Origin: an uncultured Bacteroides sp.
Lineage (GTDB): Bacteria; Bacteroidota; Bacteroidia; Bacteroidales; JACABE01
Reading direction: 5' to 3'
NCBI GenBank assembly: GCA_964636105.1
Contig: CAZWRD010000004.1
Coordinates: 1-52,467, forward strand
DNA length: 52,467 nucleotides
Part shown: piece after piece, positions 1 to 8,525 of the stretch
Numbering within the stretch: the stretch's first letter is position 1
How the letters are laid out: every line of letters starts with the position of its first letter
Notes under the pieces: generated by a model
What the model was told of the DNA's origin: nothing
Databases searched by the model: none
Seen by the model: only the letters and a program-made list of their open reading frames with translations
Translations under genes and position numbers: made by a program

Positions 1-2867
1 GAACTGATAATATTTCAATACATTGCGAAAACAGATGGAACAATACCTATGGTCCACAATTTAATTCAACTGCATCTACCATTAATAATAATAAAAACTG
101 CGGAAATGATGTAAGTTTTCCAACAACTGGCGGAACATTAAATCCATACCCAAGTAGTTTGCCAAATATGCGTTTTTATTATGCAAGTAGTGGACCTTCA
201 ACACCTTCTAATCCAATTCCTGCCGATAATGCACAAAAAGCTTCAGCTAGTGGTGATTTGTCATTCGATTTAGGTGCAAACACTGCCAATTACGATTTGT
301 ATTTTGGTTTAGATTCAGCAAATGTAGCAAGTTTAAATGCATCGGTAAAAGTTGTAAATAATGCAACAGTTGCAGCAGCTGGAACTTTTACTTATACTTT
401 ACCTTCATTATTAAATTCAAAAACTAAGTATTTCTGGAGAGTAGTTGCAAAAAACGGAGCTCAGACTGAAAATTCGCCATTATGGAAATTTACAACAGAA
501 GCTATAATTGCAAATTTCCCTTATAATCAAACTTTTGAAGATTCTACTGTGTTTTATCCTGGTTGGTATGGCAATTTTACAGATTGGACATATACTTTAA
601 ATGGCTCAAATGCTATTTGGCATACAAGTAGTTCTGCTCATTTAGGAACAAATTGTGCGTATGCGTCTCCATCAACTACTTCAACTACATCATCTTTAAC
701 CTCACCTCGCATTAATTTACCTGCAAATCACCGTATTTCATATTGGTGGAAAAATACTGCAATTTCTGGAAACGATGCATATTATTTTGAAGTATCAACA
801 AATGGAGGAACAAGCTGGACCGTATTAGATACATTAACAGCTTCATCTGTAATGAATTCTTACATACAAAAGTTTAAAGATTTAAGTATATATAATTCAA
901 ATAATTTCAAATTTCAATTTCGTTATCAAAGAGGTACTTCAACAAGTGTAAAAGATTGTTTTATTGACGATATCAGAGTTGAAGCTATTCCTACAGGAGC
1001 TACAATGACATTAAGTGCTGCAACTTTAAGTTTTAATGATTTATATGTAAACGGCTTAACAAAAAAGAAAGTTGTTATCGGAAATATCGGAACAACAAAT
1101 TTGGTAATTACTGGAATTTCCTCAACAGCTCCATTTAGTTGTGCTTATACAGGTACAATTTTACCAGGAGCTACTGATACTGCAACTATTATTTTTACTG
1201 CAACTACAGTAGGAAATTACTCAGGAAATTTAACTATTAATAATAACGGTACTGGAAATAATGTAATTTCTGTATCAGGAAATGTATTGCCTTTAGTTGC
1301 TAATTTTTTCCAAAATTTCGAAAGCACCCCAGTTAATACCATTCCTGCAAATTGGAGCAAATTAAGAAGCAAAGATCCATATCAGATAGTAAATGATATT
1401 GTAGTTAAAAACTCTACATTTGATGCATATTCAGCACCAAACGTTATAAAAATGTATAATAATACCGATACCGTTTCTCCATTAATTCTGATTACTCCTG
1501 GTTTAACTAATTTTGGAAATGATTCATTGAAATTTTATGCATCAAAAACATATGGAAATACAGCTACAGTTAAACTAATTGTTGGTTTGATGGACGATCC
1601 TTATGATGGGGAATCATTTGTGCCTGTTACAACAATTACTTTGACAGATTCAATGCTTCAGTATAAAATGGCTTTTGATCCAACCAATACCAAACCTTAT
1701 ATTGGATTTAAACATGCTCATTACAAACCAAGTCAAAGTATTTGGATTGATGATGTTTCATGGCAAGGAAGTTTAGCAACAGTTCCAAATCCAGCTGCTG
1801 CTGTTGCACCTTTAAATAATGCAATAAATGTAATTGCATTGCCAACTATCAAATGGACTTCAACTGGTGGTAATCCAACAGGATACAGATTAAGCTTAGG
1901 AACCAATAATCCTCCAACAACTATTTTAAATAATGTTGACTTGGGTAATGTTACATCATATGTAATTACCAACGCATTATCTTATAACACAACTTATTAC
2001 TGGCAAGTTACACCGTATAATGCAACAGGAAATGCTACAAATTGCCCAATTTGGAGTTTTACAACATTAGCAGACCCAACAATTGTAAATTTACCATGGA
2101 ATGAAGGATTTGAAAGTGTTATTCCTCAATCAAATAATGCAGATGTCCCATTGGGGTGGACAACACAAAATGGTGGAATGCAATCAACTTATTGGGATGT
2201 AATTTTAAATAATGCAACTTATACTGATAATGCACATACCGGACAAAAAGCCATGAACAATATGTTTAGCATGTTAGGTGCAAATAACGATTGGATGTTT
2301 ACACCAAAAATTCAATTAACTGCTGGTACTGCTTATGATTTTAGTTTCTGGTACAAAGCGCCTGTTTATATTGAAAATGGAGATACAACTTCAGAAAAAT
2401 TAGCTGTTTATATGGGTACTGCTGCTGATTCTGCTGCAATGGGAACTGTAATGTTTAAAAATGAATTTATGCGTTTCCCAACTTATGTACAATACACCAA
2501 AACATTTACACCAGCTACATCAGGCACATTTGTATTTGGTTTCCACTCATATAGCGAACCACTTTCTTGGATTACTTTTGTAGATGATGTAAAATTATCT
2601 TTGGCAACTTCTGTAAATGAAAATGAAAAATCAACATTTACAATTTATCCAAATCCATCAAATGGCGAATTTGTTATCAGATTAAATGAAAATAATTCAT
2701 CTGATAATTTAATTACAGTAACTAATTTATTAGGTCAAGAAGTATATCGTTCTGTTTCTAATAAACAATATAACTACATCAATTTAAATAATGTAGAAAA
2801 AGGAATCTATTTAATCAGAATTTCTTCAGATAATTCTGATACAATTAAAAAACTCATCATCAATTAA
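1..2867 (+). CDS. T9SS-secreted multidomain cell-surface protein, 5'-partial (Fn3-like modules, MAM/choice-of-anchor-J-like and HYDIN/choice-of-anchor-D-like modules, C-terminal Por/T9SS sorting domain)
   Basis: The frame of ORF 159..2867 stays open back to nt 3, with no stop and no ATG/GTG/TTG before the TTG at 159, so the gene most likely starts upstream of the window. Repeated Fn3-like modules end in 'YFWRV..WKFTT' and 'YYWQV..WSFTT'. Three 'F/LPxNxxFE' modules are present. The C-terminus 'FTIYPNPSNGEFVI...GIYLIRI...KLIIN' is a typical T9SS CTD. Confidence 0.75.
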   Translation, partial: TDNISIHCENRWNNTYGPQFNSTASTINNNKNCGNDVSFPTTGGTLNPYPSSLPNMRFYYASSGPSTPSNPIPADNAQKASASGDLSFDLGANTANYDLYFGLDSANVASLNASVKVVNNATVAAAGTFTYTLPSLLNSKTKYFWRVVAKNGAQTENSPLWKFTTEAIIANFPYNQTFEDSTVFYPGWYGNFTDWTYTLNGSNAIWHTSSSAHLGTNCAYASPSTTSTTSSLTSPRINLPANHRISYWWKNTAISGNDAYYFEVSTNGGTSWTVLDTLTASSVMNSYIQKFKDLSIYNSNNFKFQFRYQRGTSTSVKDCFIDDIRVEAIPTGATMTLSAATLSFNDLYVNGLTKKKVVIGNIGTTNLVITGISSTAPFSCAYTGTILPGATDTATIIFTATTVGNYSGNLTINNNGTGNNVISVSGNVLPLVANFFQNFESTPVNTIPANWSKLRSKDPYQIVNDIVVKNSTFDAYSAPNVIKMYNNTDTVSPLILITPGLTNFGNDSLKFYASKTYGNTATVKLIVGLMDDPYDGESFVPVTTITLTDSMLQYKMAFDPTNTKPYIGFKHAHYKPSQSIWIDDVSWQGSLATVPNPAAAVAPLNNAINVIALPTIKWTSTGGNPTGYRLSLGTNNPPTTILNNVDLGNVTSYVITNALSYNTTYYWQVTPYNATGNATNCPIWSFTTLADPTIVNLPWNEGFESVIPQSNNADVPLGWTTQNGGMQSTYWDVILNNATYTDNAHTGQKAMNNMFSMLGANNDWMFTPKIQLTAGTAYDFSFWYKAPVYIENGDTTSEKLAVYMGTAADSAAMGTVMFKNEFMRFPTYVQYTKTFTPATSGTFVFGFHSYSEPLSWITFVDDVKLSLATSVNENEKSTFTIYPNPSNGEFVIRLNENNSSDNLITVTNLLGQEVYRSVSNKQYNYINLNNVEKGIYLIRISSDNSDTIKKLIIN

Positions 2868-2894
2868 GTTATGATGATTTTATGCCCAATGTTT

Positions 2895-2923
2895 AAGCTC
2901 CGCTATTTAGCGGAGCTTTTTTT
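2895..2923 (+). terminator. rho-independent terminator
   Basis: 10-bp GC-containing stem aagctccgct (2895-2904) / agcggagctt (2909-2918), 4-nt loop, T-run 2917-2923, 28 nt after the stop codon. Confidence 0.8.
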
Positions 2924-2954
2924 AATCAAATAATAATTTAAAAATCAAAAAAAT

Positions 2955-3941
2955 ATGAATAAAATAAAATCATTTGCTTTACTTATTTTAAGTATTGCTT
3001 TGTTTACAACAGCATGTAATAAGGACGAAGATCCGATTATAAATCCTATTTTACCATTATTAAATACAGCCAATGTAAGTAAGATAACCGCTGATTCAGC
3101 TTTGTGCGGCGGAAGTATAACTTCTATAGGAGATCAAGTAATTACTTCAAGGGGAGTTTGTTGGTCAACCACACCAAATCCAACAATAAGCAATTCAAAA
3201 ACAAATGATAGTTTGGGAAATACAAGTTTTACAAGTCGTTTATATGGTTTAACTGAAAATACCAAGTATTATGTTAGAGCTTATGCAACTACATTAGGAG
3301 GAACATCTTATGGTAATGAAGTAAATTTTACTACAAATACAATAAAAAATGAACTCTTCAAAAAAATGTTGACATGGATGTGTGGAAGTTTTAGTAGTCA
3401 TAATCATGCTGATACTACAGTTAATCAATATATTGTAGATGTAAGATTACATATGAATCAAATTTGGGCTGATAGAAATGTAGGTGAAAATATTTATTGG
3501 TTGTACGTAGAACAAGCTTATGCCAGTTCTCCAAATTCTCCTTATCGTCAACGTATTTACAAAGTTATGATAGATGCGAATGGCAATATATATGATGAAA
3601 TTTATGCAATTCCAAGTCCTTCAACTTATTTACATGGATATAATAATCCTACTGTATTTAATAATTTAAATGCAACACAGCTTACCATAAAACTAGGCTG
3701 TAATGTTGGATTTACTTATAATAATACAGGTCAATATTTTATAGGAACAACAACAGGTAATGCATGTATGGCCGCTGGAGTACCAGGCGTTTCTTATATT
3801 GTTTCTGATGCAACAATTCATCCTACCTATATGACTAGTTGGGATAAAGGATATTCAGCTTCAGGTTATTGGGTAATGGGACCTGATTGGCCTTATATTT
3901 TTGATAAAATTGAAACATATCCATTTGTGGCTAGTAAATAA
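2955..3941 (+). CDS. lipoprotein with N-terminal Fn3-like domain and C-terminal CpcT/CpeT-like (DUF1001, lipocalin-like) domain
   Basis: Signal peptide with lipobox-like 'LFTTAC'. 'GVCWSTTPNPT...TKYYVRAYA..GTSYGNEVNFTT' is a Fn3-like module. The C-terminal half shows CpcT-family landmarks: 'WMCGSFSS', 'WLYVEQAY....PYRQRIYKV', 'GCNVGF', 'SWDKGY...GYWVMGP..PYIFDKI'. Confidence 0.7.
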   Translation: MNKIKSFALLILSIALFTTACNKDEDPIINPILPLLNTANVSKITADSALCGGSITSIGDQVITSRGVCWSTTPNPTISNSKTNDSLGNTSFTSRLYGLTENTKYYVRAYATTLGGTSYGNEVNFTTNTIKNELFKKMLTWMCGSFSSHNHADTTVNQYIVDVRLHMNQIWADRNVGENIYWLYVEQAYASSPNSPYRQRIYKVMIDANGNIYDEIYAIPSPSTYLHGYNNPTVFNNLNATQLTIKLGCNVGFTYNNTGQYFIGTTTGNACMAAGVPGVSYIVSDATIHPTYMTSWDKGYSASGYWVMGPDWPYIFDKIETYPFVASK

Positions 3942-3960
3942 AAATTACAATCATAAAAAT

Positions 3961-3997
3961 AAAAAAGGAACAAAATTTGAAATTGTTCCTTTTTTTA
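3961..3997 (+). terminator. rho-independent terminator
   Basis: Stem aggaacaa (3966-3973) / ttgttcct (3983-3990) followed by a T-run 3990-3997, with an A-run upstream. Confidence 0.7.
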
Positions 3998-4151
3998 TTG
4001 CTTTGTTAATAAGCTATTTGTACAATCCCTGAAAAATACAATTGTTAAAACTAAAAAAAATATTTTCTTTATTCAACTTTTTTTCAATATAGATTGTTAA
4101 ATAAATAAGAAATCATAATTTAATAATTAAAAACACGTAGGAGAGACCGAT

Positions 4152-5165
4152 ATGGCAAATTTATCCGTGAAGTATTCAGGTTTGGAATTAAAAAACCCAA
4201 TTATTGTAGGTGCATCTAATTTGGTAAAAGATATTAATAATCTGAAAAGGTTAGAAGATGCAGGAGCTGCAGCAATTGTTTACAAATCATTATTTGAAGA
4301 ACAAATTCAGCTCGAGAGTTTGGAAATGGAACAAAACCTCAGAGAATATGAAAACAGAAATGCTGAAATGACATCTTTGTTTCCAGACATTGAGCATGGT
4401 GGACCAGATGAACATTTAGAGAATTTAAGAAAAGCAAAGGCTTCTGTGGGCATCCCAATAATAGCAAGTTTAAATGCGGTTAATAACGATACCTGGGTTG
4501 AATATGCAAAATTAATACAAGAAACAGGTGTAGATGCTTTAGAATTAAATTTTTATGCAATTCCTAAAGATGCTGAAAAAGATAGCGATGCAATAGTAAA
4601 TGAACAATTAGATATTATTTATAACGTAAAGAAAAATGTTACAATACCCATTACTGTAAAAATAAGTCCATTTTATTCAAATGTATTAAATGTAGTAAAC
4701 AGAATGCATACAGAAGGTGTAGAAGGTATTGTGTTGTTTAATAAACTTTTTCAACCAGATATTGACATTGAAAAAGAAACATTATATTTCCCATATTTAT
4801 TAAGTAATGAGGATGACAACAGATTGCCATTAAGATATTCGGGATTATTGCATGGTAATTTTAAAGGAAGTATTTGTGCGAATACAGGAATATACTCTGG
4901 AAATGATGTTGCAAAAATGCTATTAGCTGGTGCTGATTGTACTCAAATAGTTAGTACAATTTACAAAAACGGTTTAAATCATATTTCAACAATGCTTAAA
5001 GATTTGGAATACTGGATGGATTCAAAAAATTACAAGGTTATAAATGACTTTAAAGGAAAGATTTCACGTAAAAACTCTAAAGATCCTTTTGCATATAGAA
5101 GATCTCAGTATATTGATATTTTAATGAAATCTGATGAAATTTTCAAGAAATATCCATTAAGATAG
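4152..5165 (+). CDS. dihydroorotate dehydrogenase-like FMN TIM-barrel protein (paralog, probably not a true DHOD)
   Basis: Class-1 DHOD/DPD-like N-terminus 'GLELKNPIIVGAS' and a C-terminal FMN-phosphate-type segment 'NTGIYSGNDVAKMLLAGADCTQIVST'. The catalytic loop reads 'ELNFYAIPK' instead of 'ELNISCPN'. An AGGAGA Shine-Dalgarno lies 7 nt upstream (4139-4144). Confidence 0.8.
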   Translation: MANLSVKYSGLELKNPIIVGASNLVKDINNLKRLEDAGAAAIVYKSLFEEQIQLESLEMEQNLREYENRNAEMTSLFPDIEHGGPDEHLENLRKAKASVGIPIIASLNAVNNDTWVEYAKLIQETGVDALELNFYAIPKDAEKDSDAIVNEQLDIIYNVKKNVTIPITVKISPFYSNVLNVVNRMHTEGVEGIVLFNKLFQPDIDIEKETLYFPYLLSNEDDNRLPLRYSGLLHGNFKGSICANTGIYSGNDVAKMLLAGADCTQIVSTIYKNGLNHISTMLKDLEYWMDSKNYKVINDFKGKISRKNSKDPFAYRRSQYIDILMKSDEIFKKYPLR

Positions 5166-5185
5166 TTTTTTTGTTTAATTTTGTT

Positions 5186-5224
5186 GTGGGTTATTTTTTA
5201 TATGAAAAGTAACCCACTTTTTTA
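5186..5224 (+). terminator. rho-independent terminator
   Basis: Stem gtgggtta (5186-5193) / taacccac (5210-5217), then T-run 5218-5224. Confidence 0.6.
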
Positions 5225-5246
5225 TACATAAAAAATTATTTAAAAA

Positions 5247-6068
5247 ATGAGAAAAAGCATTCTGTTTGGATTTGGAATTTTAATTTTTACATTTTTGTTG
5301 TCTTGTAACAATAAAAATAGTTCAGTATCTGTAATTAATGATGAAGATACAATTATTGTATATAATAGACATTTAGCTATGGCTGTTTTATATCAGCAAA
5401 CTGCGGCTGAAACTAAAGCATTATATTATCAGGCCTACAATTTGGCGCAAATGATGTTAGATCAGGATTTGAAAAACAAGTCTTATAAAGGGAAAAGGGC
5501 TGTAGTGGTTGATATTGATGAAACTGTACTTGATAATACTCCGTTTGAAGCTGCTATGATTACCAGAAATGCACAATATCCAGATGATTGGGGTAAATGG
5601 ACTGAAATGGCAAAAGCAGATGCATTGCCAGGTGCAGTAGATTTTTTAAATTATGCTGCTAACAAAGGTGTAGAAGTATTTTATGTTACTAATCGTTCAT
5701 TAAATGAAAGAAATGCAACTATAAATAATTTGATTGCTGAAAAATTTCCAATGGCTGATACCAACCATGTTATTACAAAAATAGATGAATCTTCGAAAGT
5801 TAGTCGCAGAAATAAAATAATGGAAACACATAAAATAGTGTTACTTATGGGCGACAATTTAACCGATTTTGATGGCGTTTTTGATAAAGCATCAGTAGAA
5901 AATAGAGCAAAAAGTGTTGAAGATTTAAGAAATGAATTTGGTAAAAAATTTATAATTCTACCAAATCCAATGTATGGAGATTGGGAAAATGCATTATATA
6001 ATTACAGTAAAACATTAAAACCAATTGACAAAATCAAAATCAGAAAAAGTAATCTGAAAGATTTTTAA
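5247..6068 (+). CDS. 5'-nucleotidase, lipoprotein e(P4) family / class C acid phosphatase (HAD superfamily)
   Basis: Lipoprotein signal 'FLLSC'. HAD motif I 'VVVDIDETVLDN'. 'YVTNR' and 'MGDNLTDF' motifs and the overall length are typical of the e(P4)/class C acid phosphatase family. Confidence 0.85.
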   Translation: MRKSILFGFGILIFTFLLSCNNKNSSVSVINDEDTIIVYNRHLAMAVLYQQTAAETKALYYQAYNLAQMMLDQDLKNKSYKGKRAVVVDIDETVLDNTPFEAAMITRNAQYPDDWGKWTEMAKADALPGAVDFLNYAANKGVEVFYVTNRSLNERNATINNLIAEKFPMADTNHVITKIDESSKVSRRNKIMETHKIVLLMGDNLTDFDGVFDKASVENRAKSVEDLRNEFGKKFIILPNPMYGDWENALYNYSKTLKPIDKIKIRKSNLKDF

Positions 6069-6082
6069 GAATTAAAAACATT

Positions 6083-6120
6083 AAAAAAGACCTGAATTAT
6101 CGATAATTCAGGTCTTTTTT
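6083..6120. terminator. bidirectional rho-independent terminator between convergent genes
   Basis: Perfect 28-nt palindrome agacctgaattatc/gataattcaggtct (6088-6115), flanked by an A-run (6083-6088) and a T-run (6115-6120). Confidence 0.8.
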
Positions 6121-6135
6121 ATTTTTAATAAAAAA

Positions 6136-7227
6136 TTAAAGTGGCTTAATATTTTGTTCCAAAGCTATTAAATTAAGGTCTTCAATTATTTTATCCATTA
6201 TATTGATTCCATTTTTCATATTAATAATTTCCCATTCTCTTTCAGGTTCACCCGGAATTACTACTGAATCATGAAATTTGTCTGTTTTAGCATTTTTAAA
6301 TGTTTCTATCCACAAATCCATTTGAGCTTTAAATTCATCTGCTTTTTGGAATGCATCTATCCTCATAGCACCCATAAAATGTCCGGTTCCAGTTCCTGGT
6401 TGATTTTCCAAAACGGGTAAATATGCAACAGAAGGTGGCACAAAAGGACCAAAGTTAGCTCCTGATAGTACTGCTGAAAAAATATCAACAATAGCTCCTA
6501 AACAAAACCCTTTATGACTTCCATGTAAATAATCGCCGCCTAATGGCAAAATAGCACCTCCAGCAGTAAGTATATTTGGATCATTACTTGGTGATCCATC
6601 ACAATCCTGAACATAACCTATAGGTGCTTTTTCACCTTTTTTATGCATTAAATCAAGTTTACCTCTGGCGATTGGAGTAGTTGCAAAATCAGCCACAAAT
6701 GGGGGATATTTTCCAGCAGGAATGGCAACTGCTATCGGATTGGTACCCAATAATCTGTCCACAGAAAAAGTAGGAGCAACCAAAGGATTTGCATTTGTCA
6801 TGCATATTCCAATCATATCATGTTCTAAAGCTTTCATTGCATAATAACCTGCAATTCCAAAATGATTTGAATTGCGAACAGAAATCCATGCGGTTCCAAC
6901 AGTTTTTGCTTTTTCAATTGCCAAATTCATAGCATATTCACTAGCAATCATTCCAAATGCAGAATCTGCATCAATTACTGCTGTTGATAATGTTTCATAT
7001 GTTACTTTAATATTTGGTTTTGTATTAATTCTTTTTGCTTTCCACAAATTCACATAGTCTTTTAATCTGGAAACGCCATGCGAACTAATATTTCTTAATT
7101 CTGCTTTTAATAATACATCAGCAATTATCCTTGATTCAGAATCATTGCATTCCATTGATTGTAGCAAATCAATTATAAAACTTTCTATTCTTTGATAGCT
7201 AAAAGTCATATCATTTTTTATTTGCAA
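6136..7227 (-). CDS. Ldh_2 family oxidoreductase (malate/L-lactate/ureidoglycolate/sulfolactate dehydrogenase type 2)
   Basis: Family motifs 'SHGVSRL', 'NSNHFGIAGYY' and 'GSHKGF'. The ORF begins with TTG at 7227. The ATG at 7209 ('MTFSYQRIESF') is an equally plausible true start. Confidence 0.8.
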   Translation of the reverse strand: MQIKNDMTFSYQRIESFIIDLLQSMECNDSESRIIADVLLKAELRNISSHGVSRLKDYVNLWKAKRINTKPNIKVTYETLSTAVIDADSAFGMIASEYAMNLAIEKAKTVGTAWISVRNSNHFGIAGYYAMKALEHDMIGICMTNANPLVAPTFSVDRLLGTNPIAVAIPAGKYPPFVADFATTPIARGKLDLMHKKGEKAPIGYVQDCDGSPSNDPNILTAGGAILPLGGDYLHGSHKGFCLGAIVDIFSAVLSGANFGPFVPPSVAYLPVLENQPGTGTGHFMGAMRIDAFQKADEFKAQMDLWIETFKNAKTDKFHDSVVIPGEPEREWEIINMKNGINIMDKIIEDLNLIALEQNIKPL

Positions 7228-7375
7228 AATTATTCATTTTGTCAATAATTTATAGCATTTCTGGAAGATTTATAATCATATAATTTCGATATAACTTATC
7301 CAAGTCCAATTAAATTTTTCTATACAATTCTAAGAGGTATATCAATATTAAATAATTTATGATAGAGTAGGGGAG

Positions 7376-7787
7376 TTACAATTGTAATTTAAACAAATCT
7401 TTATGTAAACACATACATTGATTGACATTTGTAATATGATAGACAAATGTAAAATTAACGATACATTTGTAATATTTACATTTGTATCTCGATATTTACA
7501 TTTGGATTTGCAAATCACAATAAATAATATAATAAAATATCATATATTATTGAATACCAATTATATATTAATGTTATATAAAGTGATAATATAAACAATA
7601 AGTATAAATAATCTATTTGTATATTTTATATTATAAATCTAGTTATTACGATGATTATATGTTATATATGTAATATATTTAAATTATATGTTTAAGATAC
7701 ATATGTAAATAGCAAAAATATATGTAACAAAATTATATATAATTACGTAAACAGATAAAAATGACAAAAGTAATTATACATTTGTAA
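7376..7787. promoter_or_regulatory. array of TTACA-WW-TGTAA (pseudo)palindromes in a divergent promoter region (candidate operator array and/or stacked -7 boxes)
   Basis: Sites read directly: 7376-7387 TTACAATTGTAA (perfect palindrome), 7423-7434 TGACATTTGTAA, 7441-7452 AGACAAATGTAA, 7461-7472 ATACATTTGTAA, 7476-7487 TTACATTTGTAT, 7496-7507 TTACATTTGGAT, 7697-7708 ATACATATGTAA, 7776-7787 ATACATTTGTAA. TTACGTAA also occurs at 7743-7750. Confidence 0.5.
7777..7784 (+). promoter_or_regulatory. Bacteroidetes-type -7 promoter box (TAnnTTTG) for the XRE regulator gene
   Basis: TACATTTG lies 24 nt upstream of the ATG at 7808. Confidence 0.4.
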
Positions 7788-7807
7788 ATAGTATAATAAT
7801 GTAAATT

Positions 7808-8392
7808 ATGATAGACAGAATAATATTAGTTTTAAAAACACAAAATTTAACTTCATCACAATTTGCTGATGAAATTGGAGTACAACGCTCAAGTATCTCA
7901 CATATTCTTTCTGGGAGAAATAATCCAAGTCTTGAGTTTGTAACAAAAATTCTAAAACGATTTCCAGATATAAATTCAGAATGGATTCTTTTCGGAAAAG
8001 GAAGTATGTATAGACATTCTGAAATGATAAATAAAGATGAAAAAAGAGTATTGCCTCAACAAGCAGATTTATTTTCATTTGATCAGCCTTATGTTGAAAT
8101 AAATGAAATATTGCCAACCAAAGTAAATGTTGAAGAGAAATATGCAATACAGGAAGAGGAAAAAATACAGGAAATACCAGCTAAAGTACCAGTAATTGAG
8201 GTTATTAAACCCGAAAAACAGGAAAATATTTTGAATGAAAATATTTTACAAATAGAAAAAAAAGAAGAAATATTTCTTGAAGAAAAAAAAATAGAAAAAG
8301 AAATACATGAAAATGTAATACCTAAAAAAGAAATAGAACGAATATTGATATTTTATTCAGATAAGTCCTTTAGGGAATATTCTCCCGAATAA
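7808..8392 (+). CDS. XRE-family helix-turn-helix transcriptional regulator with Glu/Lys-rich C-terminal region
   Basis: The N-terminus 'LTSSQFADEIGVQRSSISHILSGRNNPSLEFVTKILKRFPDINSEWILFGKG' is a canonical HTH_3/XRE domain. The rest is low-complexity E/K/I-rich and ends in 'ILIFYSDKSFREY'. Confidence 0.8.
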   Translation: MIDRIILVLKTQNLTSSQFADEIGVQRSSISHILSGRNNPSLEFVTKILKRFPDINSEWILFGKGSMYRHSEMINKDEKRVLPQQADLFSFDQPYVEINEILPTKVNVEEKYAIQEEEKIQEIPAKVPVIEVIKPEKQENILNENILQIEKKEEIFLEEKKIEKEIHENVIPKKEIERILIFYSDKSFREYSPE

Positions 8393-8525
8393 GGATATTT
8401 TTTCTGACTCAAATACTTATTAGAGTAAAAGCAATTGAATAATTTAAAACAATAAAATATCGTAATCAATCAAGCTAGAAATCAATTAGTTTTCGATTTC
8501 TAATTCTAATAATTAATTATTGGGG

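Noticed and set aside
7228-7807. Possibility that the long AT-rich gap is a replication origin (oriC) or a CRISPR-like array
   Set aside because: No TTATCCACA/TGTGGATAA DnaA boxes are present; the only near match is one weak TTATCCAAG at ~7297. No dnaA, dnaN or gidA neighbour is present. The repeats are 12-13 bp at irregular 15-47 bp spacing, not 25-40 bp repeats with unique spacers, and there are no cas genes.
7806-8147. 113-aa minus-strand ORF overlapping the XRE regulator gene
   Set aside because: The plus-strand frame encodes a canonical HTH_3 domain. The antisense product is Leu/Phe-rich with no features.
8256-8292. A8 and A9 homopolymer tracts within the XRE regulator coding region as possible phase-variation sites
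   Set aside because: They encode the Lys/Glu-rich tail (AAA/GAA codons), so poly-A runs are an expected by-product. There is no evidence of length variation from a single sequence.
8476-8503. Hairpin tagaaatc-N11-gatttcta between the convergent HTH and pyrD genes
   Set aside because: The stem is short and AT-rich with no flanking T or A runs, so support for a terminator is insufficient.
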